From Camelus ferus (Eukaryota): a stretch of 64,000 nucleotides of DNA. Below, piece after piece: positions 13,368 to 26,245 of the stretch; position 1 is the first letter of the stretch; the number at the start of each line of letters is the position of its first letter. The DNA lies in the NCBI RefSeq assembly GCF_009834535.1, contig NC_045697.1:49850001-49914000 (forward strand), in the 5' to 3' direction. Position numbers and translations under genes: made by a program. The notes below the pieces were generated by a model. That model ran no database searches and was not told the origin of the DNA. It worked only from the letters and a program-made list of their open reading frames with translations.

Positions 13368-13720
13368 TGCTATGAACTGAATGTGTGCCCTGAAAGTTGT
13401 ATTTGAAGCCCTAACCCCCAGTGTGATAGTATTTGGAAGAGGGACCTTTGAGAGATTAGGTTTAAATGAGATCCTAACAATGGGGTCATCATTATGGGAT
13501 TAGTGCCCTTACACGAAGAGGAGGAGGAGAGAAGTATCTCCCTCTTTCCAAGCGCACACACCAGGAATGGCCACGTGAGAATACAGTGAGAACGTGGCCA
13601 TCTGGAGGCCAGGAAGATAGCTCTCATCAGAACCCAATCATGCTAGCACCCTGATCTTGGATTTCCAGCCTCCAGAACTGTGACAGAAGAAATGTTTCAG
13701 CCACCCAGTCCATGGCATCT
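13368..13720 (+). mobile_element. MaLR LTR (MLT1A-like), probably inserted in an older MLT1 remnant (~13050-13860)
   Basis: tgctatgaactgaatgtgtgccc...gaagccctaacccccagtgtgatagtatttggaaga...atgggattagtgcccttac...gcaccctgatcttggatttccagcctccagaactgtga. Confidence 0.85.
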
Positions 13721-15469
13721 CTGCACCTGTTTGCTAGTTGTCTGCTCAGCACTCAGCCTGGCTTCCTGGGTGTCCAGCCTGTGAATACCCGAGCTTGCTA
13801 ATGTAGTCTGCTTTTGTCTAAGCTAGTTTGACTTGGGTTTCTGTCACTGACCATTGTGAGACTTGGCTTAGAATAAAGGAGTACATATTTGCTTACTTAT
13901 ATTTGGCACATATTTTGAGTTTCATTTAGTAGAGTTTCTGTGGTTTTGGCAGGAATGTAGGGAGGTCAAGGGATCAAATGAAAGCCAATAATGAAATGAA
14001 TAGACCTGAAGCCACATCATTTAGGCAGAATTTGTTCTAATTCACAGGGAATCCCCTCAAGTCAGTATCATAGGACTGATCTTAGTGTAGCCACTATCAA
14101 GCTTTTAAAAAGTATAGAATTCTTTGAGACCATATTTAAGCCTACATAAATCAACTCTGTTAAAAAAAAATAGCAATTTGCTGAAACCCTTACCCAGTAT
14201 ATTTCCCTAAAAATCTCCATTCATTAAAAAATGAGAAAAGAGCAAGAAGGAATTATTATTACTCTCAAGCTAAACACTGCTGGTGGTAAGCAATAGTCAG
14301 CTCACCTCATGGAGCCCCAGCAGACTCTGGTCAGACCCACACTTGAGGGAAGAGAGGTTGAGGAATATGATTTGAAAACCAGAGCAATCCTGGATTTGAC
14401 CCTGATCAGAAATCAGCGGCTGTTGGTTTCAGGGATACAATTCTGCCCCTAAGTTGCTCCTGCCTCTGCCTATATACAGAGAGAAATTGGAAAGGAATTT
14501 ACTTTTATATCTGGCAAGAGTGTGCTTTATATGTGCTAAGTCCAAGTGTTCAGATCCTTGTTTCTGTCACAATTCTGGCTGAAATCAATACGCATTAACC
14601 TTGTTGTCCCAGGTGTTCCCCCAGAAAGCAGTCAGTGACCTCATAGCCATAAGGGGATCCAGGAAGGTCCATTTTCTTTGTGGTTTCCTCATTTCTTTGC
14701 ATGTAAAGTGAGGTTTAGACTATCAAATTACTTAACAAGTCATGCAATACACCATGCTGTTTGAAATCCCTTAATCATATGGAGTTTTATGATGTTGTAG
14801 AAATGTACAGGGGAGAGGGAGGAGAAAATCCCCACTGAGTGAGTGGGAAAAAAAACGACAGGTCCAAAGATTCTAGGCAGCCCGGGGGGAATTGGGCGCT
14901 TCTAACGTGTAATGGCTTGTGGAAGAGGATTAGGTGTCTGATCTTACTTTCAGGGCAAACAAGCAGGAGCAGCTGTATCACGCCAGCATCAAAGGCACAC
15001 AGGCAGCTCCGTGATGAGGCCACACTGGGAAAGTCACGGTCCTAATGAGTTCCATGCACTCCTAAAAACACATAGCGGCTTCTTCCTGAAGCTGAACGAT
15101 TAGACCCTCTTCTGCCACCAACACCACCGTCATCATCATCGGCCGACTGCATTCTGTCCCAAGGGAGGGCACGGTGTTCCTGCACCAAGTGATGGGGCTG
15201 GGGAAATTTGTTTTCAGTGGCCTCTGCATTTTCCACTTCCTGTTTTTTTGGTGTCCTTCAAGCCCCTGTACTCTTGATCTGTTGTCACAGGCTTCTCAGA
15301 TCAACAGAGCCTGTGCCTTGCCTGTGACCCTGACCCGCACATTAATGGACTCAATCTTGATTCCCACTTGGGGGCAGAAGAGAAAGAGTCACCCCACCCC
15401 TGCATTGACTCACCAAATTCTATATTTTAGGTCCATGACTGGCAATACCCCATTGCCAGGAATCAATAT

Positions 15470-15625
15470 CTCTATAACTTGTAATTGTTTCAGTTGAAAG
15501 TTCCAAACCTGGTTCAAACTGTTGTAAGTGAAAGAGGGAATTTGTTGTCTTATTTTAGCGAAAGGTCCATTGGTAGACTTTCAGTCAAGGCTAAACCCAA
15601 GGCTAAAAATATCACTAAGGAGAGA
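15470..15625 (-). mobile_element. Old MaLR (MLT1K/L-like) fragment
   Basis: tttcagttgaaag...caaactg...aaagagggaatttgttgtctta...aaaggtcca resembles the antisense end of old MLT1 LTRs. Confidence 0.4.
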
Positions 15626-16169
15626 TCACAAGAAAAGGATTGGATGTAGGCCAGGCAAAATAAGATGCCCATCAGTGTCTCCTGTATGCTACAAAACACA
15701 GCAAGACAGGGAGGAGTTCAAGGCATAGGGGAGATCTACATAAGTGCACAACTGCAATATGCTGAGATGGAGAATTACAGCATGCTCTGAGCACAGAGGA
15801 GGGACACCCGACTCTGGCGGGAGCAGAGTAGGATCAGGGAAACCTTTACAGAGTAAAGGATATTTAGCAAAGTATGTGTTAGAGTTTGATGAGAGGGTAT
15901 TGATGAAGAGGGCTGAGTGAAGAGGGTGATGAATATCTTCTTTCTCATGTGAAATTGCTGGATCATCCATCGAAGAATGATGGTGTTTTCTAAATAAGAA
16001 ATAAGAACGCATTGTGTGATGCGTACACTTAGTGAGAGACAGACTATGCCAGAAAATTCAGGATGTATGGTCACTATCTCTCCTCCCTCTCCTCCGCTAT
16101 TAAGAAAATAAACAACCAAACTCATGAGTGGGTCCTACTGCCAGTGGGGAAAGGCAACCAATCACGTGA

Positions 16170-16400
16170 CAGATGCTTTTCTTACATTTGCTCATGTGAT
16201 CCTCACTACCATTCTATGCGGTAAGTACTATTTCCAATTTATAGACATAAAGGAAACAAAATGACAACAACCCAAACAACCTACCAAACAAAAAGCATGA
16301 GGATTAAAAAATTTAAACAACTTATTTAAAGTCACACAGCTAGTAAGTATAGGAGCCAGGATTCAAACCTGGGTGTGCCTGGCTCTGGATACACATTCCA
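16170..16400 (-). mobile_element. MIR SINE
   Basis: tgatcctcactaccattctatgcggtaagtactatttcc...aaagtcacacagctagtaagtataggagccaggattcaaacctggg. Confidence 0.8.
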
Positions 16401-16659
16401 TTATTCCGCCTCCCCAGCATATGTCCTAAGTTTTATAGGAGTCTTCCAGAACTGATTCTCTAACCTTGGTTATTTAACTGACATGAGATTCTACTAATAA
16501 AAAATTAAATTCCAGCAGGTAGAGGGTCATTTTGACGTTTTGGGAAAACCAGTTGGGAAGGTACCCACCTACCCAGTCTAATATGGGGAATAATGTTGCT
16601 TGTACATAGTCTCCAAACTCACAGAGCAGAGATTCTCAACCCACATGCCAATCCATTTT

Positions 16660-17141
16660 TCTCAGTGCGGTAAATTGAATTCTTTGCTGCTCACCGACAG
16701 AATCACACATCCGTGTTCTTGCTGTGGCTTCACAATGGAGGGAGGATACTTCTTCTTTCCCCTCACCTTGACTTTTGGGACTGATCCCATGACTTGTGTT
16801 GGCCATTGAGATCTAGTCAGAAGTGACATAAACCATTGCTTAAAATAGGCTTGTGTGGGTGGGCTTGCTCCTCTTGCATTCTGATCATCTGTTACAAGAA
16901 AACATGCCCCTTTCGCTTGGTCGCTACAATGTGACATGTAGCACAGATATGCAACTCACAGGGTGGAGGCACACCTGACTGATGTTGGACTTGAAGTGGA
17001 GCTGCTCAGCTGAACCCTGCCTAGATCAGCCAAATGGCAGCTGTTACCCCAGAGCAAGAGAATAAAATCTTCTTATCGTAAACTGCTGAGTTTGGGGGTG
17101 TATTGTTACAATGCATTATCATAGAAGCAGGCGACCAAAGC
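16660..17141 (+). mobile_element. MaLR LTR (MLT1H/J-like)
   Basis: cttgacttttggga...catgacttgtgttggccattgagat...gaagtgaca; 3' end aataaaatcttcttatcgtaaactgctgagtttggggg...ttgttacaatgcattat. Confidence 0.7.
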
Positions 17142-17861
17142 AACCAGTGAGTAATATCTCCTTTTGCTAGAACTGAGTTTCCTTACTGTCTTGAAGATCT
17201 CCATCAGATGTAACTTTAAACTGAGAAGGTTGTGGGGCATGTATAGCAGAGAGTACAATTTGCTATGAGTAAGCAGTAAAATGGCATCAAAAATCCGTTG
17301 AATGCTTATTGGAATGTGTGAGAACTTGTTTCATGAGTTTATAGGGGAGGAAATTAAAGGCAATAAAGAATTCTTCTAGAAGAGTGACATTCTGCTATAA
17401 GACTGAGTAAATGATTGGATAACTAAGTCAATTTTTATAAATCTTGTGAGACAATTTCCAGTCATAATAATGACTCTATGGTAATTGTTTCTCTTATTTG
17501 TTGTTGTTTTGAAGCTTTTAATTCCATCTTGAATGTGGACAAAAATGCTTCTATTTATAAGTATGTTATGAAAACAAAAAGGTTGAACATGAATCCTCTA
17601 GTGTCATGTTTTTACAAGTTATTGTAAAAGCTGTTCTTAGTTGTTTCACTGATTAAAGAGAATTATCTACTTATTTTACCCCAAATAATACAATGCTGAC
17701 CTCAAAGGCACATCCTTTCATTGCTTGGAAGTTAAATATAGAAGTTTTGGGGTGCTCAACTTTCTGTTCAGACACTGGATTTTTCTTGGCCTATAAATAA
17801 TCCAACTATTGGTATTTGTTGTTAATTTACCTTGGAATATGTTGAACAGATAGACTTTCTT

Positions 17862-18350
17862 TTGTTCATTCAACATATATATTGAGTACCTACCCTGTAC
17901 TGAGTGCTGGGGTAGGTCCTAGGTACGCAGTGGTGAGCAAAATAGACAGAGCCCTTGCCTACAAAATGCTTGAAGTGGGTTTTAATCCTGATGGCAAATG
18001 ACAATAAGCAAAAGAGCATTAAAAATGTAGGTGCCTATGCCCCACCCCAAGAAATTTTGATTCCAGGGAAGGGGCCTGGGTCTTAGTATTTATAAGAGCT
18101 ACCAGCTTCTACTATGTAACCAGGTTGAGCTGGTTAGTGGGCAGTTATCATTTCCGGAATGTTATTCTGCACAAGGCACTGTACTAGGCACTTTACAAGA
18201 AGGCATTGACTTTATCCTCACTTAAGTCCAGAGGGGCTGAGTATGATGATGACTCCTTCACTGAGGACTGGTTAAATAACTTCTGTAAATTACACAGAGT
18301 ATAGACCGAGCCAGAATTCCAACACAAATCTGTCTTAACCACTGTGCTGC
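17862..18350 (-). mobile_element. Cluster: L2 3' end (17862-17970), MER5-like MITE (~17975-18130), MIR (~18160-18350)
   Basis: ttcattcaacatatatattgagtacctacc; cctatgccccaccccaagaaattttgattcc...ggggcctggg; ggcactttaca...atcctcac...gagccagaattccaac. Confidence 0.6.
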
Positions 18351-18696
18351 ACAATCTTTGAAATACAGTTTGTGTGGAGCTTTCACAGACAAATTAAAAT
18401 AAAAGTTAATGTAATAAGAACTTTTAGACATTGAAAACTAATTAGAAACCTGATAAAGCATTTCTGAATTATGCTATAAATCTGTGGAGAAATATGAAGT
18501 GATCCTTTTGTAAAATTTGGTTTGATTTGTACTTAATTTAGGGGAAATTTTATCTACTTTGGAAGTTTATATTTTCATGTACAAACTTCTTCTTTCATCC
18601 TTCCTTTCTCCCTCCCTCTCCCCCTCTTTTTCTTTCTTTCTGACAGAGAGCCTGTACTGGAGAGAACTGATGAATCTAGGGTTGATGTTGAGAGTC

Positions 18697-18745
18697 TGTG
18701 CGCATGTGTGTGCACGTGTGTATGTGCACGTGCGTGCACATGTGC
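18697..18745. repeat. Alternating purine-pyrimidine tract (degenerate TG/CG/CA)
   Basis: tgtgcgcatgtgtgtgcacgtgtgtatgtgcacgtgcgtgcacatgtgc. Confidence 0.85.
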
Positions 18746-19547
18746 TCATTCACTCATCAGACCTAGTCATTGAAAACCTCCCCTACTCAACTTTGATTTG
18801 AGAAACTTCTAAGTTACCATGTAAATTCTCTCTGAAATTTGTAAATGTACTACATAAAATTTAATATTACCTAACCTGATGGTTTCAGCCCAGAAGACCA
18901 AGGGTCAAAATTCCCTTCCTTATATACGCCTGTGTTCAAGAAACTGAGAAGTGACAGCCTAATTCAAAACCAAAGAGCTTCAAACCAAATGCAAAACATC
19001 AAAGTGCTTTGAAAAATGAGTGTTAAATTTTTTTCAAAGAGGTGTTTGTGGGATAGACAATGCGAGCTGTGATCATTCTTTGGTTCTCAGCCCCACACCC
19101 TGTCCCATCTGTTGAGTAGGATATGTCACTAGTACAGAAGGAGACAAATGGACATGTGCTTACGTGGTTACACTGAGCCAGAATCAAATGTTCACCCATA
19201 CCCTTGTCACTAAGCCTGCCAGACCTACATTTGTAGACAAGAGTGTCAAATGTCCATCAAGCATGTCATCCAAGATAGAATGGTATATTTCAAAATACTG
19301 CCGACAAATGTTTTTCCATCAGCTGCTGGCTAAAAATTTTGTACCCACGTGCATAGGCACCATCATGGGAACACCAGGCCTCACATAATGGGTAAACCAC
19401 GTTGTAGACAATCTGTGGTCATTGAGACCACCCAAGAGAGAGATTCTGTAGGAAAGTAACTTTGAATTCAACAGATCTGCATTATTGGCTGCTTCCATGT
19501 TTCCTTTCATGGCGTGGTAGATAATCTCTAGTTGTGTCTTCTTTCTT

Positions 19548-20061
19548 TCTTTTTTTATTAAAATTAAAAAAAATTGAATTGTAGTTGATTTACAATGTTG
19601 TGTTAGTTTCTGGTATACAGCATAGTGATTCAGTTATACATATACATATATTCTTTGTCATTATAGGATATTACAAGATATTGAATATAGTTCCCTGTGT
19701 TATATAGTAGGATCTTGTTGTTTATCTATTTTATATACAGTAGTTTGCATCCACTAATCCCAAACTCCTAATTTATCCTTCCCACCCTTTTCCACTTTGG
19801 TAACAATAAGTTTTTTTTCTATGTCTGTGAGTTTCTTTCTGTTTTGTAAATAAGTTCATTTGTATCTTTTTTTTTTAGATTCCACATATAAGTGATATCA
19901 TATGATATCTGTCTTTCTCTGACTTCACTTCGTATGATAATCTCTGAGTCCATCCATGTTGCTGAAAATGGCATTATTTCATTCTCCTTTATGGCTGAGT
20001 AGTGTTCCAATGTATATACATATACCACATCTTTTTTATCCAGACATCTGTCAATGAGCAC
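19548..20061 (-). mobile_element. 5'-truncated lineage-specific L1 with TSD
   Basis: ttgaattgtagttgatttacaatgttgtg...ccatgttgctgaaaatggcatt. TSD cttctttctt (19538-19547 / 20062-20071) followed by aa, an endonuclease-type site. Confidence 0.9.
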
Positions 20062-21039
20062 CTTCTTTCTTAAACAGTGCAATTTCATTTGAGAATAACA
20101 AATCCTTGCCTCTTATGAGAATTATTTTCCTTTTACCCTTTCAGCAAGAACCAGACCTAATTTTACTTGTCTCTAATTCATGCAACAGTATGGTTATTTC
20201 TCTTCTCTGTTCTTTATATTGGTTAGAATGGGAATGGGAACCATAGCAGTGGAACAGTTTCCCAGCAGAAGTCAACATCAAAAGATTTCTATTCCGATCT
20301 CTCTCTTTTTTTTTTTTTTTGCAGGGAAATGCTACAGTAGCAAGTTTTATCCTGGACAGGTAGAAGTTGCCTCTTGCTTTTGAAGAATCTTTCAAAGCAG
20401 CCACACAATTTTCTAGCACTGCATGTATGCTGGTGGTCAAGGTTTCTACAAGAGTTCTCTGGGAACAGTAGATGTTCCTTATTTAATCTTTGTTCTAATT
20501 CATCAGTTTGTAGCATTTACCAAACTATAATATCTCCCTCACCATTAATTTTTTTCCCCTTCTATATGCCTACCTTTATACCATAAACATTTCTTTTATG
20601 GCTGGGCATACCCTGACTCTTCATCAGTGGTGTCTAGAACTTTTGGCAGGACCAGGCAAAAACGGCAGCACCCAGCAATACCTGGCAAAAAGTGAGTCAC
20701 CAATACATTAAAAACCGATTAAGTCATTCGTTAAGTTGAGGTAGGAGATAGATGAGGAGCACATCGGGTCTATGATGTCACAAATGGTCAGTAGATGCTA
20801 CTACTGAACATCTGATCATACACTTCTAGGTTCTTTTGATGTTGTGGTTTATGTAAATTTAATTTTCTCAACTTAATTCTGGAAGTTCATAATAAAGGTT
20901 ATTGAGCATGCTTATATTTAGGGATTCCTGTGCCTGCCCCTTGGATAAGGGGAGAGCATCATTTTGGTTCTACATTGTATGTGCTTTTGCTGCATCTTCA
21001 TCATCACCAACATCAGTACCACCATCAATAACTTTGTGA

Positions 21040-21212
21040 TTGCTACTATTTACTAAACAACTAGTATATCCCAGGCATTACAAAAGCACTTAGTAGCATT
21101 TCATTTAATCCTCACCACACCCGCCCTGAGGTAGATAATATTATTTCCATCCTACAAGCCATATGTCGCAAGAAAACATCTAATAAATGGCAGGGCTGAA
21201 ATTTGAACAGCA
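21040..21212 (-). mobile_element. MIR SINE
   Basis: tcatttaatcctcaccac...ccctgaggtagataatattatttccat...aaatggcagggctgaaatttgaac. Confidence 0.7.
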
Positions 21213-22736
21213 TCAAAACATCCCCATGGCCAAACAGCTGCATCAAAGGGGCGAATTCATGATGGCTAGTCAAAATCATTCTATCTAGCTGTCATGATGG
21301 CTGAGATATGTGAGATGTGGGCAGGCATTTCCCGTTAAGTGCAAGGGAAATGTTTCTCTGATGCTAATTAATTAAAAATTGTATTTGCTACTAGAGAAAT
21401 GACTTTTCAGAAGGAATTTGAATACTTGAGAGACAAGCTTAAAGAAAGCTCTGAAGGCTGAAGTTGCTATTTATGTGGATGTTTTTGCAAACTGGAACAT
21501 TGAATACACTAAATCCTTTTAATGCTACAGCATTATGCAGAACAGTGTATAGAAAGAACAATTTATGTCTGTAATAGTCAAAGCAAACCTGGGTATGCAT
21601 ACAAAGCTAATGGTGTTTTTGTTTCAAGTGCTGGGCTGGAAGTTAATTTCACCAAACATTACACTTTAGCTAAATACCATGTGGCTTCACATTTCCTGAT
21701 ATATAAATTTGATGAATTAACTTTAAATGGGTACTATTTCAAACTATTTCTTTTTCCTATTATCTTAGTTTATCAGTTGGCATTGGCTACTTTCTAAATA
21801 ACTCAGTTTGCTTTTCAAAATGTTTCAACATTTAAAGTTAAGCACTGTAATTTGTCTTGTATTCTTACATGTATTGCAATGGAAGGAAATGCTACATGTA
21901 CATTGTTATAAGATTGTTTAACAACATACACCAAGTTATAACATTATAGTCATTATCTCAGAGTGGAATAACTTGCACTTTTTAGTTTTTCCTAATTATA
22001 ATTTTCTGTTTTTCTGCAATAACTCAGATTGCCTTGAAAGTGAGAAAACTCACTCAATAAAGATCTTTGGAAATAATTGAATAAAAAGATAACAATGGAC
22101 TGGAGAGAGAAATTGGAGCTAATGTAAGAGCAAGAGTAGACATGATCTCAAAGTCTAGATATGTGCCCTTTCAGCTTGAACTTACAGCCTTATCTAAAGG
22201 GGCTCAGCACCCTTTTCTCTACTTCTTGTCTCTCACTGGGATACGTACCTAACTCTTTGCCGGAAGTGCCTACTTATCACTACAGAGGTTGAAAATTCCA
22301 GTGCTTGTTTCTTCTTCCTCCTTGCAGCTTGAGTTTGGCCTTGATAACTATCCTTGTCAGTGGTCTCTGAAGGGAACTTCTGGGAAAGTTTCCAGGGAGG
22401 GACATCTGGGAAAGATTATCCTCCTGGTAAAAAGAGATGGGCAAGAAGAAACTGCCTTCTTTTGCTTTGGATGTGATTGTGATGTTGTGGTCTTCTTGAA
22501 CCACGAAGCTTGTTGGCTTTTGATGTCCCTCTTGCTGTAGATTTTTCAGGCCCTGGCCCCAGATGGCACTTGGCTGGTGGTGAAGGCTGTCTAGCCTGGG
22601 TTTTGGTTTAGAAGGACTTTTATAGTTATCTATCTTTCTACTCTCAGCATTATCAGCAATGAAGGTGATGTCTGGCTCTGTGTCTTACTCCTTGCCTTTC
22701 TCCTAATCATCTCAGAACTCAACTGGGTAAGGAGGG

Positions 22737-23202
22737 TGTATTAGTTTCCTATCGCTGCTATCACATTTTACTACACACTTGGTGGCTTAAGACAATACAA
22801 ATTTGTTATATTATAATTTTGGAGATCAGAAGCAGAAATTGGTCTTATTGGGCTAACGTCAAGGAGTTGCTGGTGCATTCTTTCTGGAGGCTTTGGAGGA
22901 ATTGAGAATCCTTTTCCTTGCCTATTTCAACTTCTGGAGGCTACTCACATTCCTTGGTTCATGGCCCCTTCTGTTTTCAAATGCAGAACACAGCATCTTC
23001 AAATCTCTTTCTAACTGTGACCTTCTGCCTTCTTCTATCTTGTAAGGACACTTGTGGTTAAATTTGGCCCATGTGGCTATTCTAGAATAATCTATCTATC
23101 TCATGATTCTTAACAAAGTCTCTTTTGCCATGTAAGGTAACATATTCACAGGTTCTGGGGAGTAGGAAAGTCTTTGGTGGGGGCATTATTCTGATTACCA
23201 CA
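22737..23202 (-). mobile_element. MaLR solo LTR (MLT1C/D-like), full length
   Basis: tgtattagtttcctatcgctgct...ggtggcttaagacaa...ggtaacatattcacaggttctggg...cattattctgattaccaca. TG...CA ends; 5-bp TSD gaggg/aaggg. Confidence 0.9.
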
Positions 23203-25057
23203 AAGGGTGCCATCGATTAATTCCTTCTCAACCTACTGATTGTATTTATTTATTAAAAGTCTCCCACAAATAAATGGACTCATAATTAAGTAATGATTGT
23301 TTCATATTTCACTGAAGCCCATGTAATCTAGGCCCCAGGCTAAGGCCTGACCTCTGTTTCCTGGTCATTAGTCTTGCTTGTAATTGTTTGTTTAAAGGTT
23401 CTCACGGCCATGGCATTGGGCCAGGTTATATGTACTAAATGAGGTAGGAAACTCATGATGACTCAGCAGAGTCATTGCTACTTCCTGGAGCTGCCACTTG
23501 TGAAGACTGCAATTTGGACCATTGACTTCCTTATCTCTTTAATGGCAATTTTTCTTTCTTTCTCTCCTCCAGATGCCATAGGCAAGAGTAACATAAATAG
23601 AAGGAGTGTGTGTGTGTGTGAATGGGTATGATTTTTGAAGTAAGGAGTTGATCTCACATATTTGTCATGTGTTTATTTCCTGGGAGGGATCATATTTCTC
23701 ATGTTCCTCCTCCTGAGAACTGAAATGTTCTGACTCATAATCGCAGTTGTGACTCAACAGACCCTCCTATCCTATAAAGAATCAGATGAACTGGTTTGGT
23801 CACAATGGAAAGTTCAAGAATCAATGTATAAGAAGTGGGGCTGGTGCAGTAGATTGACAGCTTTTCCATAGAGAGAGCTGTGAACAGTGATAAGAGGTTA
23901 GGAGAGGTGGCCATAAGGAGCAGATGGCCAAAAGAAATGTACTGCTAAGAGTCTTATCCGGAGGTTGGAGTGAGCTCAGAGGGATGGCTACCTGGGATTA
24001 GCCAGTAGGGACAGGATGCCAGGAGGGCCACTACTGAAGATGATGCAAAGATGATTTGCCAAGGTGAGGAGGCAGGAAGGTGATTGAAAGGATATACATA
24101 AGTAGGATGAGTGAGGCAAAGAGGAAAATGATGTTATTGACTGGGGAACTTGAAAACTGTTGAGTGACTCTAGACCTAGCCCATGAATGAAGTGTTTGCT
24201 GTAGTCATTCCATTTGTATGGTGCCTGGTGCTTGTCTTAGAGGCGGAGATGATGTGAGAGGAGCTATGGTAGACTGAATAAGGAGGATTAAAGCAATGAA
24301 CAACTCAGAGAAAGGTCGTAGAGCCATGATAGGTGATGTGGAATATTCAGTTACTTCCTATTTGATGTTATGATTTCTCTATATTTTCTGCAAAGCCTTG
24401 AGAAGTGAAGAAGGTGCTGAATGCATGGTTGGGAGAAATATGGCAGGGGATGGCAACAGGCACAAGTGGCATTAGGTTGGCAGGAGGTGATGAGGAATTG
24501 GGTTGGTTGTGAAAGGAGACAGGTAATCAGAGGAGACTATTTCTTGCTCTCACAGCCCCAAACCTTTGGAAATATTGGGAATGCTGCTGGATTTCCTACG
24601 ATACTGTGGGATGGGAGCACAAGTTACTTTATTTGAAAAATAAGGAGAAGATAGATTCTAGAAGGTGGGTGCTTGATTTGGGGGAACATTTAAGTTATAT
24701 TACTAATTTCCAACTGATTGGGGACTGAAGGTTAAAACTAGTATTTGAACACAGCATGACTGCTTCTTGTAATGAATTATAATACATGATAATGTAGTAA
24801 AATTATACATTTGACTAACTTTCAGCTGGTTGCTCTGACTACATTTGTAAAAATATGAGCATGACAACAATGGATTATAACATACTGAATTTTAAAAGAA
24901 TTATGTTCCATAGAAATTTTAAAAAATAGTGGTGGTGGGGAGAGCCATAAAAGCTCTTCTTTACAAAAGAATGGCAACTAGTACATGTGGAAGGGATGAC
25001 TACATTAGAAAATCATTATTTTGCCACCAACAATATAATAATCAATGCAGGCAAGTG

Positions 25058-26207
25058 GGATCCTTGGTATTTTTCCAAAGGAGTTGAAAACTTATGTGCG
25101 CACAAAACCCTGTACAGATTTTATAACAGCTTTATTCATAATGGCCAAAACATGGAAGCAACCAAGATGTCTTTCAGTAAGTGAATGGATAAATAAACTG
25201 TTATGTTTCCAGACAATGAAATATCATTTAGCACTAAAATGAAATGAGCTATGCAACCTAAATGTCTACCAACAGGTGAGTGCATAAAGATGTGAGATAC
25301 ATACATACCCCCCAATGGAATATTACTCAGCCATAAAAGGGAAATCTTGCAATTGCAACAATATGGATGGACCTAGATGGTATTATGCCAAGTGAAACAA
25401 GTCAGAGAGAGAAAGACAAATATTGTATGCTTTTATTTCTTTGTGGAATCTAAAAAGCAAAACAAATGAACTAATATAACAAAACAGAAGCAGACTCACA
25501 GATACAGAGAATACACTAGTGGTTGCCAGAGGGAGAGGGGTTGGGAGATGGGCAAAATAGGTGAGGGGGATTAAGAGGTGCAAATTGTCAGTTATAAAAT
25601 AAATACATCACAGGAATGTAATGTATAGCATAAGGAATATAGTCAATAATGCTATAATAACTTTGTATGGTGTGTAATCTATAAAAATATCCATCACTTT
25701 GTTGTATACCTGAAACTAATATAATATTATAAGTCAACTATACTTCAATTGGAAAAAAAAGGACAAGGAGGAATTTTGAATACATATTACTAAGTGAAAT
25801 AAGCCAATGTGGAAAGGCTACATACTGTATGATTTTAGCTATAGGACATTCCGGAAAGGGCAAAACTATGGAGACAGTAAAACGATCAGTGGTTGCCGGG
25901 GTTAGTGGCGAGGGAGAACTGAATGGGCAGAGCATGGAGGATTTTTAGGGCATTAAAACTACTCTGTATGGTACCATAATAGTGGATCCATGTCATTATA
26001 CATTTGTCCAAACCCATAGAATATAAGCTATGGACTTTAGGTGATAATGATGCATCAATGTAGGATCAAGAGTTGTGATAAATGGACCCATTTGGTAGGA
26101 GATGTGGATAGTAGGGGAGGTGATGCATGTGTGTGGGGAGGGGTTATATGGGAAACCTCTTATATCCTCTACTCAGTGTTGCTGTGAACTTCGAACTGCT
26201 CTAAATA
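25058..26207 (+). mobile_element. L1MC1-like 3' end (middle layer)
   Basis: aaggagttgaaaacttatgtg..cacaaaaccctg; aaaggctacatactgtatgatt...caaaactatggagacagtaaaacgatcagtggttgcc; tgttgctgtgaacttcgaactgctctaaa, followed by a (TA)n tail. Confidence 0.8.
25253..25760 (+). mobile_element. Younger L1 (L1MA9-like) 3' end (inner layer)
   Basis: caatggaatattactcagccataaaa...ggatggacctagatggtattatgccaagtgaaa...gtcaactatacttcaattggaaaaaaaa. Confidence 0.85.
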
Positions 26208-26211
26208 TGTC

Positions 26212-26245
<34 letters not shown>

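Noticed and set aside
20325..20430. Strong acceptor (T-run + gcag) as a coding exon
   Set aside because: All frames stop within ~60 nt unless a weak gtagaa donor is used; no recognisable peptide.
23716..23731. GRE-like agaactgaaatgttct
   Set aside because: The spacer is 4 nt rather than 3 and the left half is imperfect; only a half-site.
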